Below, one piece after another: positions 18,309-28,086 of a DNA stretch of 64,000 nt. Below the pieces are notes generated by a model, which worked only from the letters and a program-made list of their open reading frames with translations, was not told the origin of the DNA and did no database searches. Made by a program: the position numbers and the translations under genes. The DNA is from Candidatus Latescibacterota bacterium (lineage in GTDB: Bacteria; Latescibacterota; UBA2968; UBA8231): the NCBI GenBank assembly GCA_965203175.1, contig OZ241867.1, positions 192,001 through 256,000 of the forward strand, in the 5' to 3' direction. Numbering within the stretch: the first letter of the stretch is position 1; each line of letters begins with the position of its first letter.

Positions 18309-20627
18309 ATGAGGAAATTCGCTGCAATTCGACTTTTGCTCGTCGCCACCCTGTGTGCAGCAGGTGCCTATGCCGACGAACTGCGCCTGAGCAGCCCGGC
18401 GGACTGGCAGACGTGGACCATTCCCAAGGGCACGCTGGAAATTGCCGACGACGGCAGCATCAGCCTGGCGTGGATGCGCCGCAATATAAACGCCGTGGCC
18501 GATGCGGCAGAGTTTTCCCATAGCGAAGGCAAGAAACAGGTTTTTGGTGGTATCCGCGCCGTGAATTCAAATCCCCAAGATGCGGCTAATATTATTGACC
18601 AAGACCCATCGACTTGGTGGCAGCCGTCTGCCGATGATCCGCTGGAAGATTGGTGGATCGAAATCGACCTCGGCCGACCAGTATTGGCACGCAAGTTGCG
18701 CCTTGTCTTTCCGGACTCACCCGACGCCAAGCCCTTTCGCAATTTCACGACTTACATAAGCAACGGTGTAGATACGCGTTATGGCGTGACCTACCACCCG
18801 GTCGCCGTCACGACAACACCCAATGTAGAGAGAGTTTTTGAAGTCGATCTGAAACGAATTGAGATCGGTGTGGCCAGCGGAGAACATCTCATAGAGCAGG
18901 ACACGCTGGATTTTAACCTCGTCCACCACGTGCGCCTAGTGCCCACGGAAAAGAATCCAGGCGCGGCGCTGGCTGAGGTCGAAGTGGATGCACTGGGAGA
19001 TAATCTCGCCATAGGTACAGTGGAACGGGGCGGGTCGGTGCGAGCGGGGCGGAGCGAAGATAAGATCGGGATGATCTTCGATGGGGATGTCAATACCAAC
19101 TGGCGACTTGCCGTCGGTGGTGACCAGGCCAAGGAGGGCAATCTCAGGACCTACGTCGAAGACGGCGATTGGTTCGAATGGGATCTGGGTGCCACGTTCT
19201 GGGTAGACCACCTTTCCCACATAGACCTGGCTGTCGGAGACGGAGAGGGGTCTCGTGGCTCCCACGGGTACGGGGCCAAGCTATTTATCCTCACCACTTC
19301 GGACGGTACGCCGGCCAGCGGCCTGACCAGCGACCGCATTCGCAGCAATTTCGACTACCAAGAACTCAGCGACGTATTCAACGATAGATTCCCCACCCAA
19401 CAGTCGTATCACTTTGCATTCCCGCTGCGGAAAATCCGCCATATCTTCTACCACCGCAGCGGCATTCCGATGCGCCTGCAGATCCGCCAGACGGTTTTTG
19501 AATACATACTCCACGGCGAGGGGCACGTCGCAGCGACGGAAATGATTTCGGACTTCATCGACCTAGGCTCAATGAAGAGCGTGCGCAAGCTGTCATGGGA
19601 CGCCGATTTACCTGCCGGCACGCAGATCGAAATTCGCTCGCAGACGGGCAATACCTTTGAACTGCAGAAGAAGTACTACCATAAGAACGGCACGGAACTG
19701 GACTCGGCCCGTTTTGGCAAGCTGCCCAAGAGCGTGCGCGGGCGCATCGACACCCTCAAGCTCAAAGGGCCGGATTGGAGCGGCTGGAGCCAGCCCTATG
19801 ATTTTCCCGAGGAGGCATTCCTCTCGCCTACGCCCAGACAATTTCTACAACTACAGATTCAACTAGCCAACGACGATCCACAACTGACGCCGGTACTGCA
19901 TTCCCTGACCCTGGAATTCGACGATCCCCTCGTCAGCGGTGGCATTGCTGCACGCATATTGCCGCGCGAGGTCGGACTAGATTCCCTGCAGCGCTTTACG
20001 TATTTGCTGCAACCGACCTTTGTGCGCAACGACCAAGGCTTTGACGAGGTCTTTATCCAAGTGCCGGGCGAGGTGCAAGAGGTTGGCGTCCGAGTCGGCG
20101 GACAGAGCGTGCAGCCGAGGGAAATTGAACTGGCAGACGGGTTGCTAAGAGTCGGACTGCCGGAGCGGGTGTGGGAGGATTCGGTGGAAGTGCTGTTTAC
20201 CGCGCAGGTAACAGCCAATGCCACGCTCTTTGAGGCTTGGGCCGGGGACAGCCAGCAGAATGTGCGCCAAGGCGTCGAACCCTTAGCGCCGCGCTCGATG
20301 ATCGTTTTTGTGCCCGACGTGGCCGGTGGGAATTTGCTGCGCAATGTGCAGGTGACTCCGGTCGTTACGCCCAACGGCGATGGCGTAAACGACGAAGCGC
20401 AAATCGACTTTATCGTGGTCCAGGTTGAGGGCAATCCCAACGTGGATATCTACGACCTAACCGGATCGCACCTGCGGACGCTCGAGCTAGGTGCCGCAGG
20501 TTTCGCGTGGGATGGCCGGGACGATGCGGGAGCGGTTTTGCCGCCGGGTGTGTATATCTGCCGCATCCAGATGGAAGCCGACTCTGGAGACCAGTCGGTA
20601 TATCGCACCATTAGTTTGGCCTATTAA
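18309..20627 (+). CDS. Secreted protein with two discoidin-like domains and a C-terminal TPNGDG/FlgD-Ig domain (paralog 3)
   Basis: Signal peptide (AYA); IIDQDPSTWW...IDLG and IFDGDVNTNW...WDLG; VTPNGDGVND...YDLTG...WDG...PPGVY...LAY. Confidence 0.75.
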   Translation: MRKFAAIRLLLVATLCAAGAYADELRLSSPADWQTWTIPKGTLEIADDGSISLAWMRRNINAVADAAEFSHSEGKKQVFGGIRAVNSNPQDAANIIDQDPSTWWQPSADDPLEDWWIEIDLGRPVLARKLRLVFPDSPDAKPFRNFTTYISNGVDTRYGVTYHPVAVTTTPNVERVFEVDLKRIEIGVASGEHLIEQDTLDFNLVHHVRLVPTEKNPGAALAEVEVDALGDNLAIGTVERGGSVRAGRSEDKIGMIFDGDVNTNWRLAVGGDQAKEGNLRTYVEDGDWFEWDLGATFWVDHLSHIDLAVGDGEGSRGSHGYGAKLFILTTSDGTPASGLTSDRIRSNFDYQELSDVFNDRFPTQQSYHFAFPLRKIRHIFYHRSGIPMRLQIRQTVFEYILHGEGHVAATEMISDFIDLGSMKSVRKLSWDADLPAGTQIEIRSQTGNTFELQKKYYHKNGTELDSARFGKLPKSVRGRIDTLKLKGPDWSGWSQPYDFPEEAFLSPTPRQFLQLQIQLANDDPQLTPVLHSLTLEFDDPLVSGGIAARILPREVGLDSLQRFTYLLQPTFVRNDQGFDEVFIQVPGEVQEVGVRVGGQSVQPREIELADGLLRVGLPERVWEDSVEVLFTAQVTANATLFEAWAGDSQQNVRQGVEPLAPRSMIVFVPDVAGGNLLRNVQVTPVVTPNGDGVNDEAQIDFIVVQVEGNPNVDIYDLTGSHLRTLELGAAGFAWDGRDDAGAVLPPGVYICRIQMEADSGDQSVYRTISLAY

Positions 20628-20668
20628 TAAACAACGTGTTGCGCAGCGGTAAAAAAGGGAGGGAACAA

Positions 20669-23323
20669 ATGGGCCGGAAGTTTTTCGGTGCTCTGCTAAC
20701 GGGTTGCCTTTTGGCAGGTGGAGTGTTAGCCGAAGGCCTGCAATCGGGCTTTCTCAACCCCTATGTCACCAGCGGTGTGCGGATATCGCCCCAGACCATC
20801 ACGCCAACTATGCGGAAATGGTATCTGCCCCAAACGCTCTACGATATCTACGGATGGAAAAACTGGGAGTACACCAACTACGCCAGGGATCGCTACGAGC
20901 GCTATACCGATATCGTGCTGCAGGGCCAGCGCTTTTACGATATCTACGGCAATTACATCACGCGCGGCTGGAAGGTCTACGAGTGGGCGCAACAGCACCC
21001 CACGGAAACGGGCAGCGCGATCGACAAGTCCGTGGAGTTCAACAACTGGTTCAATAACCTAGTCATTTCAACGGCGTCGCAGGGCCAATATCACATGGCG
21101 TTGACCGTGGGCGAGCAACTGAGGACGACGCTGACGCCGATGACCTTTTCCAAACCGCTGTTTAACGGCGTGCAATGGGATTTCCTCTCCGATAAATACG
21201 CCCTGACGCTGCTCGCCTCGCGCACAGACAATCCCGCTCTGGCGGCCACGGCGACCAACCGCGACCAAGGGGCCACGGTGCGGACGATCTTCACCAATCT
21301 GATTGGCCTGCGCGGTACGGCCCAAATCGGCGACTTTATCAAGCTGGGCACGACCTACGTCAATGCCGGGCACTGGAATAGCTCGGAAAGCTTCGGCAAC
21401 AACTCTCTCAAGGGCACGCTCGGCGGCAACCTGCAGGCGGGCAACGTGCAGCGTCTCCTAGTGCGTCTATCCGACGATTCGCCCGAGGACGGCGAAGGAG
21501 GGGCATTGCTCTTTCTGCACCGCGTGTACATAAATGGCGTAGAGCATCCCGAAATCTCCGACCGGGCGCTGGTAGACGGCGGCATCCGGCGGCAGGGACG
21601 TTGGGAGGCCAGCGGCGGCAACAACATCATCATTACCTACGACATCGAGCGCGACTTCACGCCCATTCCCGGCGAAGATGAGATCATCGACTTCAAGGAA
21701 ATCAAAAAGATCGAGATCGAATTGGTCCTAGCCAATGACTATGCCGTTGAAGTCACTTCCAATATGCAGGTCAACAACACGGGCGAGCCTGTATTTTTGC
21801 CCGTCACCCGCGCGGAGAAAAACATCAAAGACGGCTCCAACCAGCGCGTGGTGCGCTTTAGCTACGGCTTGCCGACGGCCAATGAAGTCGCCGGTCTCAC
21901 CATGGAAATCGACGACCTCTTCGGCGGGTTTAACTTGCGCGCCGAATACAATGTCAATCGCAAATACCGCCGCTTTCCCAACCAGAATTTCACCTACAAT
22001 CAGGCGCTGGGGAAAGAAAGCGCGGAGGGCTACTATGCAACGGCGTCGCACAATGTGTACCCGTGGTTTGCCTATGGCGAAATTTTTAGCATGGACCCGG
22101 GCTATCAGACATTCATGTTCGTGCCCGACAGCAACGGGCGCATTAACTACGAAAGTGCTGTAAACAACGTCTACGAATTCGTAGACGACAACGACGACCA
22201 GGACCGCTTTCCCGACTGGCGTAGGCGAGCCTTCAGCAGTTCCTCGTCGGAGCGCTTACTGATCCAACGGGCTGACGTGGCTGTCTTTCCCGGCTATGAT
22301 GAGAACAACGACTTAGTGTCGGACTTCAACCAGAACGACAACGGCATGCCGGACTATCTAGAGCCCTTTGTGCGCTACGATGTCGATCCGCTGGAGTTTC
22401 TCTACGGCACAGACATGAACAACAATACAGTGATCGACCGCTTTGAAAACGACGAGGAAGCGGACTACCCGTATCCCCGCGACCACCGAGGTTACAACTT
22501 CTACGGTGGCGCCGAACTCAAGCCGGGCAGCCGCATAATGGTCGGCCGCATGCGCGAATGGCTGCTGAGCAGCAACCGCCGCAACAAGTCGCTATACGGT
22601 CTGCTAACACTGACTCACGAGGTGCCTCGCCACGGTTTGCAGATGCAGCTCTACAACGGCCTTCGCAGCGTCGAAGACAATATCCCCGAAGACATCATTC
22701 TGTGGGTGCAGGGTCCGCGTACACGGGGCGATATGCGCCCCTTCGTCGATCCCATGATTGCGCAGGATGCGCTGATCAACACCACCTTTCTGAGTGCACG
22801 CACGCGTAAATACGCCCCGCTCAATCTAGAGACCAAGCTGAAGTACGAGATCTATCACCAGCGCGGAGACCAGCAGCCGCCAAACTGGCAGGACGAGAAG
22901 CTCTTCGCGCTGATCACCAAGGCGGATCTGCCCATTCCGGTAGGTAAACACGTGCTGTGGCCTAGGTGGAAACAGCTCTACAAGCGGCGCTCACCCACGG
23001 ATAAAACCGAGCTAGAGAATAACGAGCTGTCGGAAATTTTCTTCTTCGTGTGGCAGCAGGAGCTGATCAGTACAATGCGCCTAGAGTCCGGCATCGAGTA
23101 CGAGATTTTCAGGAATATGGTCGAACGCACCGATCCGCTGCCCGCCGGATACGTGGACGATTTCGAACAGTTCGTGATTGCTGCGCAACTATCCAATCGC
23201 TCGGACTATCTGGGCTATCGCCTGATGACCAACATCGGCGGACGCTGGGAACGGCGCGATTTTCGCGACGAGACGACGACGGATCTGGTGCTGTTTCTGA
23301 GCATGTTTGCCGGATTGCAATAA
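20669..23323 (+). CDS. Large putative outer-membrane beta-barrel protein with acidic Ca-binding-like repeats
   Basis: Signal peptide (VLA); aromatic-rich alternating strands (LESGIEYEIF, YRLMTNIGGRWE, VLFLSMFAGLQ); central DDNDDQD / DENND / DMNNN repeats. Confidence 0.6.
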   Translation: MGRKFFGALLTGCLLAGGVLAEGLQSGFLNPYVTSGVRISPQTITPTMRKWYLPQTLYDIYGWKNWEYTNYARDRYERYTDIVLQGQRFYDIYGNYITRGWKVYEWAQQHPTETGSAIDKSVEFNNWFNNLVISTASQGQYHMALTVGEQLRTTLTPMTFSKPLFNGVQWDFLSDKYALTLLASRTDNPALAATATNRDQGATVRTIFTNLIGLRGTAQIGDFIKLGTTYVNAGHWNSSESFGNNSLKGTLGGNLQAGNVQRLLVRLSDDSPEDGEGGALLFLHRVYINGVEHPEISDRALVDGGIRRQGRWEASGGNNIIITYDIERDFTPIPGEDEIIDFKEIKKIEIELVLANDYAVEVTSNMQVNNTGEPVFLPVTRAEKNIKDGSNQRVVRFSYGLPTANEVAGLTMEIDDLFGGFNLRAEYNVNRKYRRFPNQNFTYNQALGKESAEGYYATASHNVYPWFAYGEIFSMDPGYQTFMFVPDSNGRINYESAVNNVYEFVDDNDDQDRFPDWRRRAFSSSSSERLLIQRADVAVFPGYDENNDLVSDFNQNDNGMPDYLEPFVRYDVDPLEFLYGTDMNNNTVIDRFENDEEADYPYPRDHRGYNFYGGAELKPGSRIMVGRMREWLLSSNRRNKSLYGLLTLTHEVPRHGLQMQLYNGLRSVEDNIPEDIILWVQGPRTRGDMRPFVDPMIAQDALINTTFLSARTRKYAPLNLETKLKYEIYHQRGDQQPPNWQDEKLFALITKADLPIPVGKHVLWPRWKQLYKRRSPTDKTELENNELSEIFFFVWQQELISTMRLESGIEYEIFRNMVERTDPLPAGYVDDFEQFVIAAQLSNRSDYLGYRLMTNIGGRWERRDFRDETTTDLVLFLSMFAGLQ

Positions 23324-23417
23324 CGCCTGACAAATCTGCCTTTGTGCAGTCTGATGTCCGCGCTGGTTAATGGAATTGCATCGACTGCATATTCCCCGTG
23401 ATATGTGCTCTTTTTAT

Positions 23418-25118
23418 ATGCCCATCGTTGCGGTTCTCTTTAGCTGGGGTATGGCGCTGATTGTGGGGTGCTCAAATGAAACTTCCGCGCCATCGACAGA
23501 AGCTACTGCACCCAAGCCCAAATTGGCTAGAAGTACACTGCCGAAATTCGTCGATGCCACTGCCGCTGCCGGCATCCATTTTGCACATGTGAACGGCGGT
23601 AGCGGTCGCTTCTACTACGTGGAGACCTATGGCTCGGGAGCGGCTTTCGTCGACTACGATAGCGACGGCGACGAAGACTTGTACCTAGTCAATGGGGCTG
23701 TATTGCCGGGCTTTTTGGAGCGGCGGGTACCGAAAAACGTTCTATATCGAAACAAGGGCAATGGGAAGTTCGAGGAAATAACAGAAAAAGCAGGTGTCGG
23801 CGATGAGGGGTATGGCATGGGAGTCTGCGCGGGAGATTACGACAACGACGGTCATGTGGATCTCTATGTCACGAACTTCGGGGCCAATGTGCTGTATCGC
23901 AATGACGGCGACGGTTCATTTGCCGATGTGACGGAGACCGCCGGCATCGGCGACGAGCGCTTGAGCATGAGTGCAGCCTTTGCCGACATCGACAACGATG
24001 GCGATCTCGACCTCTACGTTTCCAACAATACCGATTTTACTCTCGAAAACCACAAAGAGTGCAGGCACGGTTCCATACGCGTCTACTGCGGTCCCGGTCA
24101 GTATAAGGGCGCGTCGGGGATTATGTATCGCAACGAAGGGGATGGAAAGTTTGCCGACGTAACGGAAGCAATGGGCGTTTACGACTACCGCTGCCGTCAA
24201 CTCGGCGTAGTGTTTGGCGATTACGACGAAGACGGCGATGCGGATCTGTTTGTCGCCAACGATATGACCCCGAACTTCCTCTTCCGCAACGAGGGGGGGA
24301 CGCGATTTTCCAATATTGGGCTGGATTCCGGCGTCGCCTTCAGCCCGGACGGCAAATCCGAGGCAGGCATGGGCACGGACTTTGGCGACTACGACCGGGA
24401 TGGACTCCTCGACATCGTCGTCTGCAACTTCCAGTGGGAGCACTGTCGCCTGTTAAAAAACGAGCGGGGCGATGTGTTTAAAGATCAGATACACGAATCC
24501 AAACTGGACGAACCGACCTTCTCGACATTGACCTTTGGCACGGACTTTTTCGACTACGACAACGACGGCTACCTCGACCTGTTCCTAGCCAACGGACACG
24601 TCGAACCGAATATAGAAATTATCGACCGCGCCGGACCTTCCTACGCGCAGCGGGATCAGCTATTCCACAACGAGACCGACGGCACGTTCACCGACGTCAG
24701 CGCCGACTCGCCAGGCCTAGCCACCGCTTGGGTCGGACGCGGATCGGCTACCGCCGACTACGACAACGACGGAGACCTCGACCTGTTCGTGAGCAACAAC
24801 AACCAGCGCGGCCTGCTGCTGCGCAACGACGGTGGCAACCGCCAGCACTGGCTATCGGTGCGCACCATAGGCACCCACAGTAACCGCGACGGCATCGGCG
24901 CGCGGATCCGGGTGGTCGCTGGCGACCTACACCAAGTGGCAGAAGTGCGTTCGGGCAGTTCGTATCTGTCGCAGAATGCGCTGCGAGTGCACTTTGGCTT
25001 AGGCACGCACGCGCGGGTGGATCGGGTGGAGATCCGCTGGCCGAGTGGGATGGAGCAGGTATTGGAGGACGTGGCGGCTGATCAGTTCCTCACGGTCCAG
25101 GAGCCGGAAAAACTATAG
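23418..25118 (+). CDS. CRTAC1-family protein (FG-GAP/VCBS repeats plus ASPIC/UnbV domain), probable lipoprotein
   Basis: Seven DYDxDGxxDL-type repeats; C-terminal SNRDGIGARIRV...GSSYLSQ...VHFGLG...IRWPSG; IVG-C lipobox; start uncertain (23370-23451). Confidence 0.9.
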   Translation: MPIVAVLFSWGMALIVGCSNETSAPSTEATAPKPKLARSTLPKFVDATAAAGIHFAHVNGGSGRFYYVETYGSGAAFVDYDSDGDEDLYLVNGAVLPGFLERRVPKNVLYRNKGNGKFEEITEKAGVGDEGYGMGVCAGDYDNDGHVDLYVTNFGANVLYRNDGDGSFADVTETAGIGDERLSMSAAFADIDNDGDLDLYVSNNTDFTLENHKECRHGSIRVYCGPGQYKGASGIMYRNEGDGKFADVTEAMGVYDYRCRQLGVVFGDYDEDGDADLFVANDMTPNFLFRNEGGTRFSNIGLDSGVAFSPDGKSEAGMGTDFGDYDRDGLLDIVVCNFQWEHCRLLKNERGDVFKDQIHESKLDEPTFSTLTFGTDFFDYDNDGYLDLFLANGHVEPNIEIIDRAGPSYAQRDQLFHNETDGTFTDVSADSPGLATAWVGRGSATADYDNDGDLDLFVSNNNQRGLLLRNDGGNRQHWLSVRTIGTHSNRDGIGARIRVVAGDLHQVAEVRSGSSYLSQNALRVHFGLGTHARVDRVEIRWPSGMEQVLEDVAADQFLTVQEPEKL

Positions 25119-25158
25119 GACCATTGTGCCAGAAATCCGCGAAAGGGCAAGGCAAAAC

Positions 25159-26697
25159 GTGAAGTGGTCTAACAGTGTGCTATGGCTGGCGTGGATAACG
25201 GCTCTTGGCTGCGGTGGCACGCGAGAAGAAGTGCCTGTAGTAGAGGAACAGGAAGACCCGCGCGCGATAGAACTGAATTATTTGGCTCGCATTCGCGCCG
25301 ATTCCAGCGACGTAGCAGCGCACTACGAGTTGGGGACGTTCTATTTAAAACACGCCGTGTATGGGGAAGCGCTGCGATATTTCAGTGAGACCTTCCGCAT
25401 CGACTCACTGCATGTACGTGCGTTACTAGGTGCCGGAGAAGTCATGACCCGGCAAGGCGAGTTGAAACGGGCGTTGGCCGTATATCGCAAGGCCATTGCG
25501 CTCGCGCCCGACAGTGCAGCGGCCTATCGCCAGCTCGGCCAGCTCTATTTGCGCACGGACGACGATGCCAAGGCGCGGGCGACATTTGCAAAGGCGTTGC
25601 AATTAGCACCTAAGCACGCTCCGGACCACTACAACTTAGGCGTGGCGCACGCTCGTGATCACGACTATGAGACCGCCGCCCAGCACATGCAGCGAGCACT
25701 GGAAATAGACCCCGAGTACGCGCTGGTGTACTACAGCCTAGGAGAGATGTACTGTACCAAGATGGGGCAATGCGAACGAGCCCTGGACATGGCGAGCAAA
25801 GCCGTCAAAATAGATCCTATGCGCGCCCGCTACCGCACGGCGTTAGGGCACGTCTACATGCGGTTGAATCGCCACGCAGAAGCGGAGACAGCCTTTCGCG
25901 CAGCCATTGAGCGCGATTCAGCTTATGTAGAGGCGCTAAATGGGCTGGGGATGGTGCTCGCCCGCCAAGGTAAAGAGGTCGAAGCAGCCGCTGTACTCGA
26001 GCAAAGTATCGCCCTGGACCCGGCCTATCCAGAAGCGCACTTGATCCTGTCCAAAGTGTATATGAAGCAAGGAAAGGCCGAGGAAGGCCAGAGGCAGATC
26101 GAGATATTCAAGCGCCTTCATCCGCATTCCGATACCATTCGCGATCAGCGTTTGCGCCTCAAAGGCCACGCCGACGATGCCGTAGCCCGCTATAACTTGG
26201 GCGTGATCTACGCGAAACTGGGTTTTGCTAAAATGGCTGCTCAAGAGTACAAAGCCTCGCTGAAGATCAACCCCGCCCAGATACAGGCCTGGCAGAATTT
26301 GGGCACGGCCTATATGCGGCTGCAGCGAGTTGACGATGCCATCACGGCCTATCGCCAAGCTCTGACTTTAGACGAGGGCTATGCGCTGGCGTGGTTTAAT
26401 CTCGGCAATGCCTATTTGATGAAAGACTATCCGGTGCAGGCCCGTGCTGCCTATGAACGCGCTTTGGCGATAAAGGAAAACTACATCGATGCAATAAACG
26501 GCCTAGGTAATGCCAAACTGCGCGAGGGCAATGCCCGGGAGGCCATCGACGATTTTAAAGCAGTTTTGCGAGCCGATTCCACCTATGTCGGTGCCCATTA
26601 TAGTTTGGCCTTGGCCTACCGAGAAGTGGGAGACTCACTTGCGGCGCAGCAGCAGATACGCCTTTTCGCGCTCAAACAAAAAGAGCGCACCCAGTGA
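25159..26697 (+). CDS. TPR-repeat lipoprotein
   Basis: ALG-C lipobox; many TPR units (AHYELG, DHYNLG, ALNGLG, ARYNLG, AWQNLG, AWFNLG). Confidence 0.9.
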   Translation: MKWSNSVLWLAWITALGCGGTREEVPVVEEQEDPRAIELNYLARIRADSSDVAAHYELGTFYLKHAVYGEALRYFSETFRIDSLHVRALLGAGEVMTRQGELKRALAVYRKAIALAPDSAAAYRQLGQLYLRTDDDAKARATFAKALQLAPKHAPDHYNLGVAHARDHDYETAAQHMQRALEIDPEYALVYYSLGEMYCTKMGQCERALDMASKAVKIDPMRARYRTALGHVYMRLNRHAEAETAFRAAIERDSAYVEALNGLGMVLARQGKEVEAAAVLEQSIALDPAYPEAHLILSKVYMKQGKAEEGQRQIEIFKRLHPHSDTIRDQRLRLKGHADDAVARYNLGVIYAKLGFAKMAAQEYKASLKINPAQIQAWQNLGTAYMRLQRVDDAITAYRQALTLDEGYALAWFNLGNAYLMKDYPVQARAAYERALAIKENYIDAINGLGNAKLREGNAREAIDDFKAVLRADSTYVGAHYSLALAYREVGDSLAAQQQIRLFALKQKERTQ

Positions 26698-26826
26698 ACG
26701 CAGCAGTCGCTTTTTATGTATCCGCTGGACGGGTGTTAAAAGACATAGCCGTCAATCAGTTCCTCATGATTCAAGAGCCAGAAATCCGCGAAAGGAAAAT
26801 GTGAACTTGCCACAATGGAGGTGCTT

Positions 26827-27093
26827 ATGAAACGCTGGAATTTTGTGGGCTATGTAGTTATGTCCCTGCTGTGGACTAGCTGTGCTACACTCTCTCAGCT
26901 CGAAGCAAAGCGCATCGATATTAATACGGCCTCGCGCGCACAGCTAGAAACGCTGCCCGGAATTGGGCCAGCAACGGCTCAGAGAATAATCGAGGGGCGC
27001 CCCTATTACAACTCAAAAGGCTTGCTCAACATAAAGGGCATCGATGCGCAGCGCCTAAAGGAAATCGAACCCTATATAACTGTCGTCAAGTAG
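26827..27093 (+). CDS. ComEA-like helix-hairpin-helix DNA-binding protein, probable lipoprotein
   Basis: IDINTAS..QLETLPGIGPATAQRII...IKGI; GGAGG RBS; WTS-C lipobox-like. Confidence 0.9.
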   Translation: MKRWNFVGYVVMSLLWTSCATLSQLEAKRIDINTASRAQLETLPGIGPATAQRIIEGRPYYNSKGLLNIKGIDAQRLKEIEPYITVVK

Positions 27094-27155
27094 CCCAAGC
27101 TCGACTTTTGGCAACCCGACCGCCGCTGGGACAAGTGATTACTAAGAAAGGATGA

Positions 27156-28070
27156 ATGATGGCGCGATTTGACGACATGAAGGGGGTCTTCGGCCTGCTG
27201 CCGACGCCGTACAGAGAAGACCTCGAGATTCACATCGACGACCTGAAGAAGGTGGCCAACTTCTGCTGCGAGAGTGGCCAGCACGGCATCGTCTGGCCGG
27301 TGATGGTCGGGGAGTTCTGGTTTTTGGGCGAAGAGGAGCGTATCCGGGGGCTGGATGCGGTACTGGAGGAAGTCAACGGCCGCCTGCCCGTGGTCTTCGG
27401 CTGTTCCGGGATTTCGGTGCCGCAAGTGCTGCTCTATGCGCGGGCAGCGCAAAAAGCCGGGGCGGATTCAATTATCGCCATGACGCCGGCGCGCACCGAC
27501 GCTGCCACGGCGATGGACATGTACCGACGCTTGGCTGAGGTGTTCGACGGGCCGATCATGGTGCAGAACGCCGACATGTACGCACCGTTGCGCGGCGAGC
27601 AAGTGGCGCAACTGGTCAATGAAATCCCGCAGGTCGAATACGTCAAGGAGGAGCGGCAGCCCGGCCCTAAGCACATCGCCGAGGTAGGCGAGATGGTGGG
27701 CGACCGAGTCAAGTGCATCTTCGGCGGGGCGGCAGGCAAGTTTTTGCCCGATGAGATGCGCCGCGGTGCCAATGGCAATATGCCAGCCTGCGAGCTAGCC
27801 GATGTGCTGGCCAAGATCACCGAACTGTGGTGGGCCGGGCAGGAGGAGGAGGCGCGCGCAATGCACCGTCGCCTATTGCCGCTGATCATTCTCGAAAACC
27901 ACCCCTTTATGCGCTATATCCTCAAGCGCCGTGGAGTGTTCAGCACACTGGTCGAACGGGCACCGGCGGGCAAGCTGGCGCTGGATGAGGGCGACAAGCG
28001 GGAGATCGCAACCCTGCTGGAGACCGTGGCGGGGGATATCGAGTCATTTCCGATACTACCGGAGCACTAA
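27156..28070 (+). CDS. DapA/DHDPS-family aldolase or lyase (non-canonical)
   Basis: LPTPY, PVMVGEF, GADSII, YVKEE Schiff-base lysine, FGG. Confidence 0.85.
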   Translation: MMARFDDMKGVFGLLPTPYREDLEIHIDDLKKVANFCCESGQHGIVWPVMVGEFWFLGEEERIRGLDAVLEEVNGRLPVVFGCSGISVPQVLLYARAAQKAGADSIIAMTPARTDAATAMDMYRRLAEVFDGPIMVQNADMYAPLRGEQVAQLVNEIPQVEYVKEERQPGPKHIAEVGEMVGDRVKCIFGGAAGKFLPDEMRRGANGNMPACELADVLAKITELWWAGQEEEARAMHRRLLPLIILENHPFMRYILKRRGVFSTLVERAPAGKLALDEGDKREIATLLETVAGDIESFPILPEH

Positions 28071-28086
28071 GTCACAGTGATGCATC

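Noticed and set aside
20669-23323. TonB-dependent receptor (SusC-like) call for the large exported protein
   Set aside because: No recognisable plug-domain motifs or terminal Phe signature, and no SusD-like partner.
27156-28070. dapA (lysine biosynthesis)
   Set aside because: The GTTGE motif is replaced and the context is sugar transport.
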